Assembly: GCA_044229975.1 (NCBI GenBank)
Contig: JBGARZ010000016.1
Span: 1 to 64,000, forward strand
Reading direction: 5' to 3'
DNA from: Polyangiales bacterium
Lineage (GTDB): Bacteria; Myxococcota_A; Polyangia; Polyangiales; Ga0077539
DNA length: 64,000 nucleotides
Below, in pieces: positions 9,059 to 19,148 of the stretch; positions within the stretch are counted from its first letter, which is position 1, and each line of letters starts with the position of its first letter. The notes below the pieces were generated by a model. The model was not told the DNA's origin. It searched no databases and saw only the letters and a list, made by a program, of their open reading frames with translations. A program made the position numbers and the translations under genes.

Positions 9059-10230
9059 TCCGTCGTGTCGCCTTCACCGCCGCCTGCATCGCCGCCGCCT
9101 GCCACGGCCCCACCGCTCCGGCGCCCCACGCCAGCCACCCCGCCACGGTCGCACACCCGGTGAAGGAGGCCGAGCTCACCACGGTGACGCTCACCCCGCG
9201 CGCCGTCGAACGCCTCGGCATCACCACTGCCGCCGTGCAGCGCGTGACCGGCACGCAGGTGCGCACCTTCGCGGGCGACGTGAGCGTCCCGCCGGGTCGC
9301 GCGCTCGTCATGGCCGCCCCGCTCGCGGGCACCGTGCGCGCCCCGACGCAGGGCCTTCCCCGACCAGGCACGACCGTCACCCAGGGCACGCTGCTGATGT
9401 GGCTCACACCCTTCGCGGTGCCTGATCGGGACGTTCGCGCGCAGACCGTTCGCGCCGTCGACGCCGCCCGCGCACGCCTCGCCGCGGCCAACCTCCGCGC
9501 CACCCGCACCGAGCTCCTGGCCCGCCAGCGCGCGGGCAGCGAGCGCGCCTCGGAGGAGGCCCGCGCCGACCGCGACACCGCCGCCGCCGACCTCCGCGCC
9601 GCCGAGACGCGCCTCTCCGCGCTGCGCCGCTCGCCGCTCGACTCCGACGTTCGCGTTCCTGTCACGGCGCCGCACGCGGGGGTCATCCGCCAGGTGCTCG
9701 CCGCCCCAGGGCAGATGGTCGCTGCGGGCGCGAGCCTCGTCGAGGTCACCGCCGCCGACGCCCTCTGGGTGCGCGTCGCTGCCTACGCTGGTGACCTCAG
9801 CGCCATCGACCCGCGCGCGCAGGCCCGCGTCGCTCGCCTCGGTGAGCCTGCGTCCGCCGAAGGCATCGCCGCCGACCCGGTCGTCGCGCCGCCGTCGGCC
9901 GATCCGCTCGCGGCCACCGTCGACCTCTTCTACGCCTTCGCGCCAGGCGCCACGCCGCTGCGCCAGGGCGAGCGCGTGCGTGTCTCCATCCCCGGAACCG
10001 CCCCCGAGTCCGCGCTCTCGGTCCCGTGGTCATCCGTCATCACGGACGTGCATGGCGGGCAGTGGGTGTACGAGACAACCGGCCCCGGCGTGTACGTGCG
10101 CCGTCGCGTCGCGGTGCTGCGCGTGGAGGGCGACCGCGCCATCCTCACGCGCGGCCCGCGCGAAGGCACCACCGTCGTCGCGGTAGGCGTCGCCGAGCTC
10201 TACGGAACCGAGTTCGGAGCGGGTCACTGA
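9055..10230 (+). CDS. RND periplasmic adaptor (CzcB/CusB-like MFP)
   Basis: ATGA overlap with the OMF gene, lipoyl-like AP..G halves, coiled coil, LWVRV, and ends in a GH-terminated tail. Confidence 0.9.
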   Translation: MIRRVAFTAACIAAACHGPTAPAPHASHPATVAHPVKEAELTTVTLTPRAVERLGITTAAVQRVTGTQVRTFAGDVSVPPGRALVMAAPLAGTVRAPTQGLPRPGTTVTQGTLLMWLTPFAVPDRDVRAQTVRAVDAARARLAAANLRATRTELLARQRAGSERASEEARADRDTAAADLRAAETRLSALRRSPLDSDVRVPVTAPHAGVIRQVLAAPGQMVAAGASLVEVTAADALWVRVAAYAGDLSAIDPRAQARVARLGEPASAEGIAADPVVAPPSADPLAATVDLFYAFAPGATPLRQGERVRVSIPGTAPESALSVPWSSVITDVHGGQWVYETTGPGVYVRRRVAVLRVEGDRAILTRGPREGTTVVAVGVAELYGTEFGAGH

Positions 10231-10231
10231 C

Positions 10232-13200
10232 ATGCGCTCCCTCGTCGCCATGGCCCTGCGGCTGCGCGTCATCGTCGCCGTGCTCGCCATCGTCTTCATG
10301 GCCGTCGGCGTGCGCGTCGCGCAGACCGCGCCGCTCGACGTCTTCCCGGAGTTCGCGCCGCCGCGCGTCGAGGTGCAGACCGAGGCGCCGGCGCTCTCCT
10401 CCGAGGAGGTCGAGCGCTTCGTCACGGTCCCTCTGGAGAGTGCGCTGCACGGTGTTCAGGGTCTCAAGACCCTGCGCTCGAAGTCCGTGCTCGGCCTCTC
10501 GTCGGTGCTGCTGATCTTCAACGAGGGCACCGACCTCCTCGTCGCGCGACAGCTCGTGCAGGAGCGCCTCGCCCGTGTCGCGCCGCAGCTCCCCACGGCC
10601 GCGCGGCCGCCCGTCATCCTCCCGCCGCTGTCGTCGCTGAGCCGCGCGATGAAGATCGGCATCTGGTCCGAGACCATGTCGCAGATGGAGCTCACCGATC
10701 TGGTGCGCTGGATCGTTCGACCGCGGCTCATGGCCGTCCCCGGCGTGGCCAACGTCGCCATCTGGGGGCAGCGCGACCGGCAGCTCCAGGTGCGCGTCGA
10801 CCCCGAGCGCTTGCAGGCGCAGAACGTCCGCCTCGCCGAGGTCGTTCGCGCCACGCAGGAAGCCACCGCGCCCGGCGGGGGAGGTCTCCTCGACGGCCCC
10901 AACCAGCGCCTCGCGGTGCGCCAGGAGACGGCCGCCTCCACCGCCGCCGAGCTCGCGACGGTGCCCGTGGGCGGTCGCCCCAACTCGCCCCGCCTCGGCG
11001 ACGTCGCGACGGTCGTCGAGAACCACGGCGCCCCCATCGGCGACGCCATCATCAACGACCGCCCGGGCCTCCTGCTCATCGTCGAGAAGCAGCCCACGGG
11101 CAACACCCTGGAGGTCACCCGCCAGGTCGAGGCCGCGCTCGCCGAGCTGCGCCCCGCGATGCCCGGCGTGCACGTCGACCCGACCATCTTCCGCCCCGCG
11201 ACCTTCATCGAGCGCGCGATGCGCAACCTCCAGCAGGCGCTCGTGTGGGGGTGCATCCTGGTGGCGCTGATTCTCGGGCTCTTCTTGTACGAGTGGCGCA
11301 CGGCGCTCATCTCCGCGACGGCCATCCCGCTGTCGCTGCTCGCCGCTGTCATGGCGCTGCGCCTGCGCGGCGGAACCCTCGACACCATGACCCTCGCCGG
11401 CCTCGCCATCGCCCTCGGCGAGGTGGTCGACGACGCCATCATCGACGTCGAAAACATCCTCCGTCGACTCCAGCAGAACCGCGAGTCCCCTCACCCCCGC
11501 CCCGCGCTGCGCGTGGTGCTCGACGCCTCGATGGAAGTCCGCAGCGCCGTCGTCTACGCGACCATGGTGGTGGTGCTGGTGTTCCTGCCGGTGTTCCTGC
11601 TGGACGGGCTGGCGGGGTCGTTCTTCCGCCCGCTGGCGGTGGCGTACGCGCTCGGCGTGGTGGCCTCCATGGTGGTCGCGCTCACGGTCACCCCGGCGCT
11701 CACGCTGCTGCTCGTCCCCAAGCACCTCGACCACCGCCCCGCGCCGCTCGCGACGTGGCTGCGGGCCCGCTACGCGCGCATCCTGCCGGGCGTCGTCGAC
11801 CGCCCGAAGACGGCGCTGGCCGCGGTGGTCGCGCTGCTCCTCGCGACGGCGGGCGCGGTGCCGCTGCTGGGGGAGGGGTTTCTGCCGACCTTCCAGGAGA
11901 CGGACTTCCTCATGCACTGGGTGGGTCAGCCGGGGACGTCGCTCGACGCGATGCGCCGCACGACCGCGCGGGTGTCGCGCGAGCTGCGGTCGATCCCAGG
12001 GGTGCGCAACTTCGGCTCCCACATCGGCCGCGCCGAGGTGGCCGACGAGGTGGTGGGACCCAACTTCACCGAGCTCTGGATCTCCCTCGACCCCAACGTC
12101 CCCTACGCCCCGACGGTGGCGCGCATCCGCGAGACCGTCGACGGCTACCCCGGCCTCTACCGCGACGTGCAGACCTACCTGCAAGAGCGTGTGAAGGAGG
12201 TGCTCACGGGCTCCAGCGGCTCCATCGTGGTGCGCCTCTACGGGCCCGAGCTCGGGACGCTGCGCTCGCTCGCGGCGGAGGTCTCGCGGGTCTCGCGCGA
12301 CGTGCCCGGCGTCATCGACCTGAAGGTGGAGGCGCAGGTGCTGGTGCCGCAGGTGACGGTGCGCGTCGATGCCGCCGCTGCGGGTCGCGTGGGCCTGACG
12401 CCGGGGTCGATCCGGCAGGCGGCGGCGACGCTGCTACAGGGGCTGCGCGTGGGCGAGGTGTACCGCGAGCAGCGGGTGCTGGACGTGGTGGTCTGGAGCG
12501 AGGAGCGCGTGCGCGCCGACCTCGCGGCGGTGAGCGAGCTGCGCCTGGAGACTCCCACCGGGAGCACGGTGCGGCTCGGTGACGTGGCGACGGTGCAGGT
12601 GGAGTCGACGCCCAACGTGATCCAGCGGGAGGGCGCCTCGCGGCGCATCGACGTGAGCTGCAACGTGCGCGGCCGCGACCTCGGCAGCGTCGCCCGCGAC
12701 GTGCAGGCGCGCGTGGCGGGGATGCGCTTTCCGGCGGGCTACCACCCCGAGCTGCTGGGCGAGTACGAGGCGCGCGCCAAGGCGCAGCGGCGGCTCTTCG
12801 GCTTCGGGCTCCTGTCGATCCTCGGAGTGTTGATGGTGCTCTACGCGGACTTCCGCTCGTGGCGCCTGACGCTGATGGCCTTCGCGACGCTGCCCTTCGC
12901 GCTGGTGGGCGGCGTGGCGAGCGCGCTGCTCGGACCCGGCGTGCTGTCGCTCGGATCGCTGGTGGGCTTCGTGACGGTGCTCGGCATCGCCGCGCGCAAC
13001 GGCATCATGCTGGTGAGCCACTACCGACACCTGCAAGCCGAGGAGGGTGTTCCCTTCGGGCGTGAGCTGGTCCTGCGCGGGTCGGCCGAGCGTCTCGCGC
13101 CGGTGCTGATGACGGCGCTGGCGACGGCGCTGGCGCTGCTGCCGCTGGTGGTCGCGGGGCAGCGGCCGGGGCACGAGGTGGAGCACCCGATGGCGGTGGT

Positions 13201-13315
13201 GATCCTCGGCGGGCTCATCACGTCGACGGCGCTCAACCTGCTGGTGCTGCCCGCGCTCTACCTGCGCTTCGGCGGCGGAACGCTCCCCCCGAAGGAGGAA
13301 GACGAGGACGCTTGA
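10232..13315 (+). CDS. CzcA/CusA-family (HME) RND permease
   Basis: 1027 aa with [30 protein letters not shown] and RLAPVLMTA motifs. Confidence 0.95.
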   Translation: MRSLVAMALRLRVIVAVLAIVFMAVGVRVAQTAPLDVFPEFAPPRVEVQTEAPALSSEEVERFVTVPLESALHGVQGLKTLRSKSVLGLSSVLLIFNEGTDLLVARQLVQERLARVAPQLPTAARPPVILPPLSSLSRAMKIGIWSETMSQMELTDLVRWIVRPRLMAVPGVANVAIWGQRDRQLQVRVDPERLQAQNVRLAEVVRATQEATAPGGGGLLDGPNQRLAVRQETAASTAAELATVPVGGRPNSPRLGDVATVVENHGAPIGDAIINDRPGLLLIVEKQPTGNTLEVTRQVEAALAELRPAMPGVHVDPTIFRPATFIERAMRNLQQALVWGCILVALILGLFLYEWRTALISATAIPLSLLAAVMALRLRGGTLDTMTLAGLAIALGEVVDDAIIDVENILRRLQQNRESPHPRPALRVVLDASMEVRSAVVYATMVVVLVFLPVFLLDGLAGSFFRPLAVAYALGVVASMVVALTVTPALTLLLVPKHLDHRPAPLATWLRARYARILPGVVDRPKTALAAVVALLLATAGAVPLLGEGFLPTFQETDFLMHWVGQPGTSLDAMRRTTARVSRELRSIPGVRNFGSHIGRAEVADEVVGPNFTELWISLDPNVPYAPTVARIRETVDGYPGLYRDVQTYLQERVKEVLTGSSGSIVVRLYGPELGTLRSLAAEVSRVSRDVPGVIDLKVEAQVLVPQVTVRVDAAAAGRVGLTPGSIRQAAATLLQGLRVGEVYREQRVLDVVVWSEERVRADLAAVSELRLETPTGSTVRLGDVATVQVESTPNVIQREGASRRIDVSCNVRGRDLGSVARDVQARVAGMRFPAGYHPELLGEYEARAKAQRRLFGFGLLSILGVLMVLYADFRSWRLTLMAFATLPFALVGGVASALLGPGVLSLGSLVGFVTVLGIAARNGIMLVSHYRHLQAEEGVPFGRELVLRGSAERLAPVLMTALATALALLPLVVAGQRPGHEVEHPMAVVILGGLITSTALNLLVLPALYLRFGGGTLPPKEEDEDA

Positions 13316-13382
13316 GTGAGTCGGCGCGGCGAGCGGATTGCTCCCGGGCCCGGGCACGAGGGTCGCGATCACGCGAACTCGC

Positions 13383-16004
13383 TCAGGCAGAGCGGCGCGG
13401 CGATCGCTCGGTCACCACCAGCACCTCATCGAGCGTCGCCATGCGGATCGGCTTGGACAGCACCGCCAGGAACCGCTGCGCGTGACCCTGCGGCACCTCC
13501 GTCCGATCGGACACCATCGCCACCACGCGTCGCGGTCCGGGTTCGAGGTCGAGGCGGTGGAGGAGCTGTTCGAGCTCCCGCTGGTCGTCGCTGGTCGTCG
13601 CGTTCAGTGACGTGAAGATCAGCGCGTCGGGCTCCGCCGCGCCCATCCGCGCGAGCTCGGCGATGGACGACGCGGCCTCGGCAGTGACGCCCCGCTTGCG
13701 CAGCAGCTGCACGCAGAGGCGCTCGGTGAGCACCTCCGGGTCACGGACAAACGCGCGCGCCACCCCCGGCGGCCGGTTGGACGGCGCGGCAGGGCGCTGG
13801 GCCCGCTGGCGCACACCGACCACCGCTTCGATCAGCCGGTCGGTGCGCAGCGGCTTCGCGAGGACCACGGGGCCGTTGACCCAGCGCACGTCGCGGTCGG
13901 GCCCCGGCGCGCGCACCAGCACGGCCTTCGCGTTGGGCAGCGATGCGGCCGCCAGCACGCGCGCCACCGCAGCCGCCGAGTCGCGACCCTCCGACAGCAC
14001 GACCGCATCCACGGAACCCCACCCCTGCTCGGCCCGCGCCGCGAGCGCGCCCACGTCGTCGATGACCTCGACGGTCATCCCGGTCGCGCGCAGCGCGGCT
14101 TCGCAGGTCTGTCGCGACGTGGGGTTGGCGTCGAAGAGGGCGACCCGCAGGCCCTCGTAGACCTCGGGCAGCCCGCCCGGCGCGCGGCTGATCTCCTCCA
14201 ACGGAACGTCGCACCAGAAGCGACTGCCAGCGCCGACCGTGCTCTCGACGCGCACCACGGCGCCCATCATCTCGGCGATCTGCCGGGCGATGGAGAGGCC
14301 GAGGCCGGTGCCCCCGAACCTCCGGGTGAGCGACCCATCCGCCTGCACGAAGGGCTGGAAGAGCGTGGTGAGCTTGGCGGTGTCGATGCCGATGCCGGTG
14401 TCGGACACCTCGACGCGGACGACGCAGCGGTTGGAGCGCCGCTCGACGAGCGAGAGCGCCACCACGACCCCGCCCGCGGCGGTGAACTTCACGCCGTTGG
14501 ATACGAGGTTGGACACGAGCTGACTGACCCGCGTGGGGTCGCCGCGCAGCCACGCGGGCAGGTCGCGGTCGACCTGCAACACCACCTCGACGCCCTTCTC
14601 CCAGGCCGACGGCGCGGCGCGGCGCACGACGTCTTCCACCACGCTCGCGAGGTCGAAGTCGGCGCTCTCCAGCTTCAGCGTTCCTGCTTCGAGCTGCGAG
14701 AAGTCGAGGACGTCGTCGATGATGCGCAGGAGCTTCGTGCCCGACTGCTCCAGCGCCTCCAGGTAACCGCTCTGCTCGTCGGTCAGCGCCGTGTCGCGGA
14801 GGAGGGAGGTCATCCCGAGCACGCCGTTCATCGGGGTGCGCAGCTCGTGGCTCATGTTGGTGACGAACTGCGTCTTCACGAGCGACGCCTGCTCGGCCAG
14901 CACATACGCGTGCGTGAGCTCCTTCACCCGTCGGTCGAGCTGCTGTCGGCTGACGTGGAGGGCGTTCATCGCGAGCGCGTTTTCGATCGCGATGGTGATG
15001 GTGGGCCGCAGAAACTCCACGAGCTCTTCGTACTCGGCCCGCGGCACCCCGGCGGGCACCCAGAGCTGGAGGCGCGTCGGCTCCGGCGCGAGGCCCGCCG
15101 TGACCTCGACCACCACGTCGGCCGCGCCCGCCGGAGGCTCACCCGAGGTCGAGCGGTGCGCCGTCGACCCCGACGGGTCTGCGACGTGACAGTCGAGCAC
15201 CACGGCCGAGAAGCCCGCCAGCTCCGCGAGGCTCGCGACGATGTTCTCCAGCGTGCGCTCGAAGTCGAGGTCGCGGTGCAGGGCCTCGCTGATGCGGTGC
15301 GCCACGCCGAGCTGCCGCGTGTGCATCGAGAGGGCCGTCTGGCTGGCCGCGATCTCCCGGTACTGCCGCACCAGGCCCGCGTTGGCCTCGCGCAGCTCGC
15401 GGCCCGCGCGGCGCACGGTGAAGGGCCAGGTGATGGCGCGGCGGAGCGACGCGAGCCTGCCGCCGCCCGGCGGGAGCGTGATGTGGTACCGCGCGCCAAA
15501 CGCGGTGCGCGTCATCGTCACCTCCGCGAGGGGCAGGCCGAGGATGTGCGGAAACGACGAGATGCCCCCGATGGAGGTGTAATAGAACTCCTCGCAGGGT
15601 TCGTACCCGGCCTGCACCATCATGTCGACGACGAGGTGCCGGGGGTCGAGCACCTGCATCCGCGAGTCGATGCACGCGAAGAGCTGCTTGCCGGGGCCGT
15701 CCGGGCGGTTCCAGTACTCGTAGAGCTCCTCGGTGTTGAAGAGCAGTCGGCCGACGAGGGCGATGGGGACGAGCAGCGGCGACGTGCTGTGCTCCCGGCC
15801 GATGGCCACGAGCTCGTCGCGCGTGAAGATCTTCCCGAGGTGAGCCATCACCAGCCGGAAGTCGCTCCAGTCGATGCGCGCGTTCTTGTCGGCGAGCGTC
15901 GCGGGGTCGACCCTGGTGCCCACGCAGACGGTCGCCGACGAGACCCCCCGGAGCTTCAGCTCCCGCAGGAAGATCTCGAACACCCGGCATGACACTTCCT
16001 TCAT
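13383..16004 (-). CDS. Hybrid histidine kinase with N-terminal AraC-type ligand-binding-like domain and two degenerate receiver domains
   Basis: H-box MSHELRTPMNG, N-box NLVSNGVKFT, G-boxes DTGIG and GGTGLGL. The N-terminus GVSSATVCVGTRVDPATLADKNARIDW resembles the Arabinose_bd_2-type domain. The C-terminal REC-like folds lack the canonical acidic residues. Confidence 0.9.
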   Translation of the reverse strand: MKEVSCRVFEIFLRELKLRGVSSATVCVGTRVDPATLADKNARIDWSDFRLVMAHLGKIFTRDELVAIGREHSTSPLLVPIALVGRLLFNTEELYEYWNRPDGPGKQLFACIDSRMQVLDPRHLVVDMMVQAGYEPCEEFYYTSIGGISSFPHILGLPLAEVTMTRTAFGARYHITLPPGGGRLASLRRAITWPFTVRRAGRELREANAGLVRQYREIAASQTALSMHTRQLGVAHRISEALHRDLDFERTLENIVASLAELAGFSAVVLDCHVADPSGSTAHRSTSGEPPAGAADVVVEVTAGLAPEPTRLQLWVPAGVPRAEYEELVEFLRPTITIAIENALAMNALHVSRQQLDRRVKELTHAYVLAEQASLVKTQFVTNMSHELRTPMNGVLGMTSLLRDTALTDEQSGYLEALEQSGTKLLRIIDDVLDFSQLEAGTLKLESADFDLASVVEDVVRRAAPSAWEKGVEVVLQVDRDLPAWLRGDPTRVSQLVSNLVSNGVKFTAAGGVVVALSLVERRSNRCVVRVEVSDTGIGIDTAKLTTLFQPFVQADGSLTRRFGGTGLGLSIARQIAEMMGAVVRVESTVGAGSRFWCDVPLEEISRAPGGLPEVYEGLRVALFDANPTSRQTCEAALRATGMTVEVIDDVGALAARAEQGWGSVDAVVLSEGRDSAAAVARVLAAASLPNAKAVLVRAPGPDRDVRWVNGPVVLAKPLRTDRLIEAVVGVRQRAQRPAAPSNRPPGVARAFVRDPEVLTERLCVQLLRKRGVTAEAASSIAELARMGAAEPDALIFTSLNATTSDDQRELEQLLHRLDLEPGPRRVVAMVSDRTEVPQGHAQRFLAVLSKPIRMATLDEVLVVTERSPRRSA

Positions 16005-16033
16005 GGGATCTCCGTGCCGCGCGCCCGAGGCCG

Positions 16034-17746
16034 TCAGCCCGCGCCGACGAAGTTGCTGAGCTGCTGGTTGCGCGCGTCGATGGCAAACATCGCCGTCGGG
16101 TCGATGCGTATGTCGAGCACCGTCGGCGTGGTGCTGTTGTACAGCGAAGGGACGAGCTGGTTGAAGTCCTCCGGGGTCTCCAGCGTGAGGCCGTTGGCGC
16201 CGTGGGCGCGCGCCAGGGCGGCGAAGTCCACCCGCGGGCCGCTCACGTCGAGGGGGCGGTGATAGACCCGCTCGAAGCCCGCCTCGACCATCCGCATCCG
16301 GGCGTCGTTGAGCACCGCGAACACCACCCCGATGCCGTACTGCACGCAGGTGTTGAGCTCCATGCCGAACATCTGGAACCCATAGTCACCACAGATCGCG
16401 ACGACCGGCCGCCCCGGCGAGGCGAACTTCGCCCCCACCGCCGCCCCGATGCCCGAGCCCATGGACCCGAGGCCCATGCCGCAGATGAACGCGTCGGGCA
16501 GGTCGAGCTTGAGGTAGTGCACCGCGAACATCAGGTGCTCGCCGATGTCGCACGCGTAGATGGTATCCGGCGGCATGTGCCTCTGGAGCAGCGACATCAC
16601 CCGCGCGGGATGCAACAGCAGGCGGTCGGTCTCCGCGTCTTCGGGCGCGTGGTACTCGACCCCGCCCGCCGGGGCCGGCGCGTACCGCGGGCGCACCCGC
16701 GAGAGGATGCCCGAGAGCACGAGGTGGGCGGGGCCCACGAGCCCGAGGTCGACGCGGTAGTTGCGGCCGATCTGCGAGCCGTCGATGTCGATCTGGATGA
16801 AGGTCGCGGTGGGCTGGAGGGTCGGGTTCCAGCTGTTGGTGGAGGTCTCCCCGAGGCCGCACCCCACCGCGAGGATCACGTCGGGCCCGGAGGCGAGGTA
16901 GTGGTTGGCCGAGAGGTGCCCGCCATACCCGAAGGCTCCCAGCGAGAGGGGATGGCTCTCGGGGAAGAGCCCCTTGCCCTTCGGCGTCGTCGCTACGGGC
17001 ATGCGAAGCATCTCCGCCAGGACGCGCACCTGCGTGATGGCCAGCGGGTGCCGCGACCCGGAGCCCACCAGGATCAACCCGCGCTGGGCGCCCATGAGGC
17101 TCTGGGCGACCCGACCCAGGACGGTGTCGTCGAGCACGAAGCTCGTCGAGACCTGCGCCGACACCACCGAGGGCACCGCGCTCTCGGTCGCGACGTCGAG
17201 CGGCAGGGAGAGGAAGACGGGGCCCTGTCGACCGGAGAGCGCGGTGCCCACGGCGCGCCGCACCACCGCCGCGGCGCTGCGGGGGTTGAGGATCGGCGCG
17301 GAGTACTTGGTGACGGTGCGCACCATGCTGTGGAGGTCGAGGCCGTACTGCGATCCCTCCTGGAGGGCGCCGCGGCCGAAGTTGCGCTGCGCGACCTCGC
17401 CGCCAATGACGATGACCGGGACGCCGTCCACGAAGGCGGACGCGAGCCCTGTCATGGCGTTGGTCAGCCCGGGGCCCGAGGTCACGAGCACGCAGGGCAG
17501 CTTGCCCTGGAGCGAGCATCCCGCGGCCATGAAGAGGGCGGCGCTCTCGTGGCGGTTGTGGACCATCCGCAGGTCGGGCGCGTTGAGGAGCGCGTCGTAG
17601 ATGGGCGAGATGGCCCCGCCCGGGACGCCGAAGTAGTTCTCGACGCCCAGCTCACGGAGCGTGTCGACGATGAGGTCGGCGATGCGCCGCGGCTGCGGGA
17701 GATCGGCGACGTTGGGGCCTGGTCTGATGGTGGGGATCGTCGACAC
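16034..17746 (-). CDS. ThDP-dependent enzyme (acetolactate synthase-like/acyloin-forming carboligase)
   Basis: FGVPGG, RHE (catalytic Glu), TSGPG.TN, LGSMG and a ThDP/Mg motif variant GDYG...ND. GTG start with a GGGAAGG RBS. Confidence 0.92.
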   Translation of the reverse strand: MSTIPTIRPGPNVADLPQPRRIADLIVDTLRELGVENYFGVPGGAISPIYDALLNAPDLRMVHNRHESAALFMAAGCSLQGKLPCVLVTSGPGLTNAMTGLASAFVDGVPVIVIGGEVAQRNFGRGALQEGSQYGLDLHSMVRTVTKYSAPILNPRSAAAVVRRAVGTALSGRQGPVFLSLPLDVATESAVPSVVSAQVSTSFVLDDTVLGRVAQSLMGAQRGLILVGSGSRHPLAITQVRVLAEMLRMPVATTPKGKGLFPESHPLSLGAFGYGGHLSANHYLASGPDVILAVGCGLGETSTNSWNPTLQPTATFIQIDIDGSQIGRNYRVDLGLVGPAHLVLSGILSRVRPRYAPAPAGGVEYHAPEDAETDRLLLHPARVMSLLQRHMPPDTIYACDIGEHLMFAVHYLKLDLPDAFICGMGLGSMGSGIGAAVGAKFASPGRPVVAICGDYGFQMFGMELNTCVQYGIGVVFAVLNDARMRMVEAGFERVYHRPLDVSGPRVDFAALARAHGANGLTLETPEDFNQLVPSLYNSTTPTVLDIRIDPTAMFAIDARNQQLSNFVGAG

Positions 17747-17849
17747 TACGCCTTCCCTTCGAACGCACGCGCGGGCGTTGGACCCCCGGGCGCCCGCCCA
17801 CCCTATCGCGCTTGGATGCTCCTTGAGTAGAAGCGGGCAGTGGTCCCGG

Positions 17850-18935
17850 TCAGGCGGCGTCCCAACGTGCGAGGACGACGGAGCAGGTCTCGCCCGCGCC
17901 GCCGGACACCATCGCCACGAGGTCGCCCGACCGGAGGAGCCCGCCCTTCACCCCCAACGCCAGGCCCAGCGGAACGTTGCAGGCCGCGAGACTGCCGTGC
18001 TCGGAGAACGTGTCGCACGCGCCCGCGCCGCCGAGACCGAGCACCTGTCGCAGGACCCCCATGAACCACGCCGCGGACTGGTGGCAGGCGAGGTAGCGCA
18101 CGTCGCCCGCGGTCACCCCCGCCGCGCGACAGGTCGCGGTGAAGGCTTCGAAGACCGTGTCGACCTTGTCGAGCATGTGCGCGAGCATCCGCTCGGGCGG
18201 ACCAGGCCGCAGCCGGATGGGGCCTCCCTCCCACCACGGACCTTCGGCCGCGCCGACGCGGTAGGCGTCGCGGGCGCTGGAGTCGGTGAGGTGCGTCTCG
18301 GCCACGATGCCGCGGCCGGGCTCGCAGCCGACGATGACGGCGGCGGTGGCGCCATCGCCGACGGTGACGCTCGCGGGGTGATTCGGATCGACGAGGCGAG
18401 ACCGCTGCGACGACTGGAGCAGCAGACCGACGCGGTGCCGCCCGCTCTCGATGAGGGCGCGGGCGAGCGCGAGCTGCGTGAGGAAGGAGTCGTTTTCGGC
18501 GTCGACACCGAGGGTGAAGACACCGCGGCCGAGGCCGAGGGCGGCGTGCGCGGCGAAGGCGTTGTGGGGCACGAGATCGGCGTTGCCGGTCGAGTGCTGG
18601 AGGACGAAGTCGACGTCGCGCGGATCGACCTTCGCGTCCGCGAGCGCCTCTCGCGCCGCGGCGATCTCCAGGTCCGCCGTGGTCACCCCGTCGGGCATCA
18701 CGGGACGCGACCGAACGCCCTGGAAGGGGTCACCCGCGAACCGCGCCATCGCCTCCCAGCTCGCCCGCGCGCCGGGTGCCTCGGGCACCGCGACCCTCGG
18801 TGGGCCCGACCGGGCGCGCCACGCGGCCACGGTCTCCGCGGACCAGAAGTCGTTGGTGCGGGTCGTGGTCGGCAGGCAGACGCCGAGACCCGCGATTGAT
18901 ACACCTCGCCTCAACTCCGATTGGCCGGTTGTCAT
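17850..18935 (-). CDS. KAS III/FabH-fold condensing-enzyme homologue (furanolide-synthase-like), with Asn at the expected catalytic Cys position
   Basis: GLGVCLP...TND, AAREALADA, GDGATA, CHQ and GSLAACNVP motifs. The nucleophile loop reads VDAENDSF. Confidence 0.85.
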   Translation of the reverse strand: MTTGQSELRRGVSIAGLGVCLPTTTRTNDFWSAETVAAWRARSGPPRVAVPEAPGARASWEAMARFAGDPFQGVRSRPVMPDGVTTADLEIAAAREALADAKVDPRDVDFVLQHSTGNADLVPHNAFAAHAALGLGRGVFTLGVDAENDSFLTQLALARALIESGRHRVGLLLQSSQRSRLVDPNHPASVTVGDGATAAVIVGCEPGRGIVAETHLTDSSARDAYRVGAAEGPWWEGGPIRLRPGPPERMLAHMLDKVDTVFEAFTATCRAAGVTAGDVRYLACHQSAAWFMGVLRQVLGLGGAGACDTFSEHGSLAACNVPLGLALGVKGGLLRSGDLVAMVSGGAGETCSVVLARWDAA

Positions 18936-19148
18936 CTTATTGACTGTTCATGGGGGTGTTCAGATGAACGGTGTGGCAAGAGAAACGCTACCGGATTTCT
19001 CTCGGAACGGGGATCGTCCGGCGACCGGTATGGGGTTGACGCAAGCCGCGTGTCGCTGACACCGTGCGGCCTCGTTCTTCGCGCGATCGGGCCCGCCTCG
19101 CAAGCGGTAACATCGTGTAATCATGGGTGGTTTCAAGGAGGCATCGAG
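18936..19148. promoter_or_regulatory. Divergent promoter region between the KAS/ThDP/HK operon and the halogenase
   Basis: Lower-GC intergenic stretch between divergent starts. Weak sigma54-like GG-N10-GC (TGGCAAGAGAAACGC, 18974-18988) on +. AAGGAGG RBS before 19149. Confidence 0.5.

Noticed and set aside
16034..17746. Housekeeping acetolactate synthase (ilvB)
   Set aside because: No ilvN/ilvC neighbours, an atypical GDYG..ND motif, and a context with KAS III-like and halogenase genes. Gene symbol withheld.
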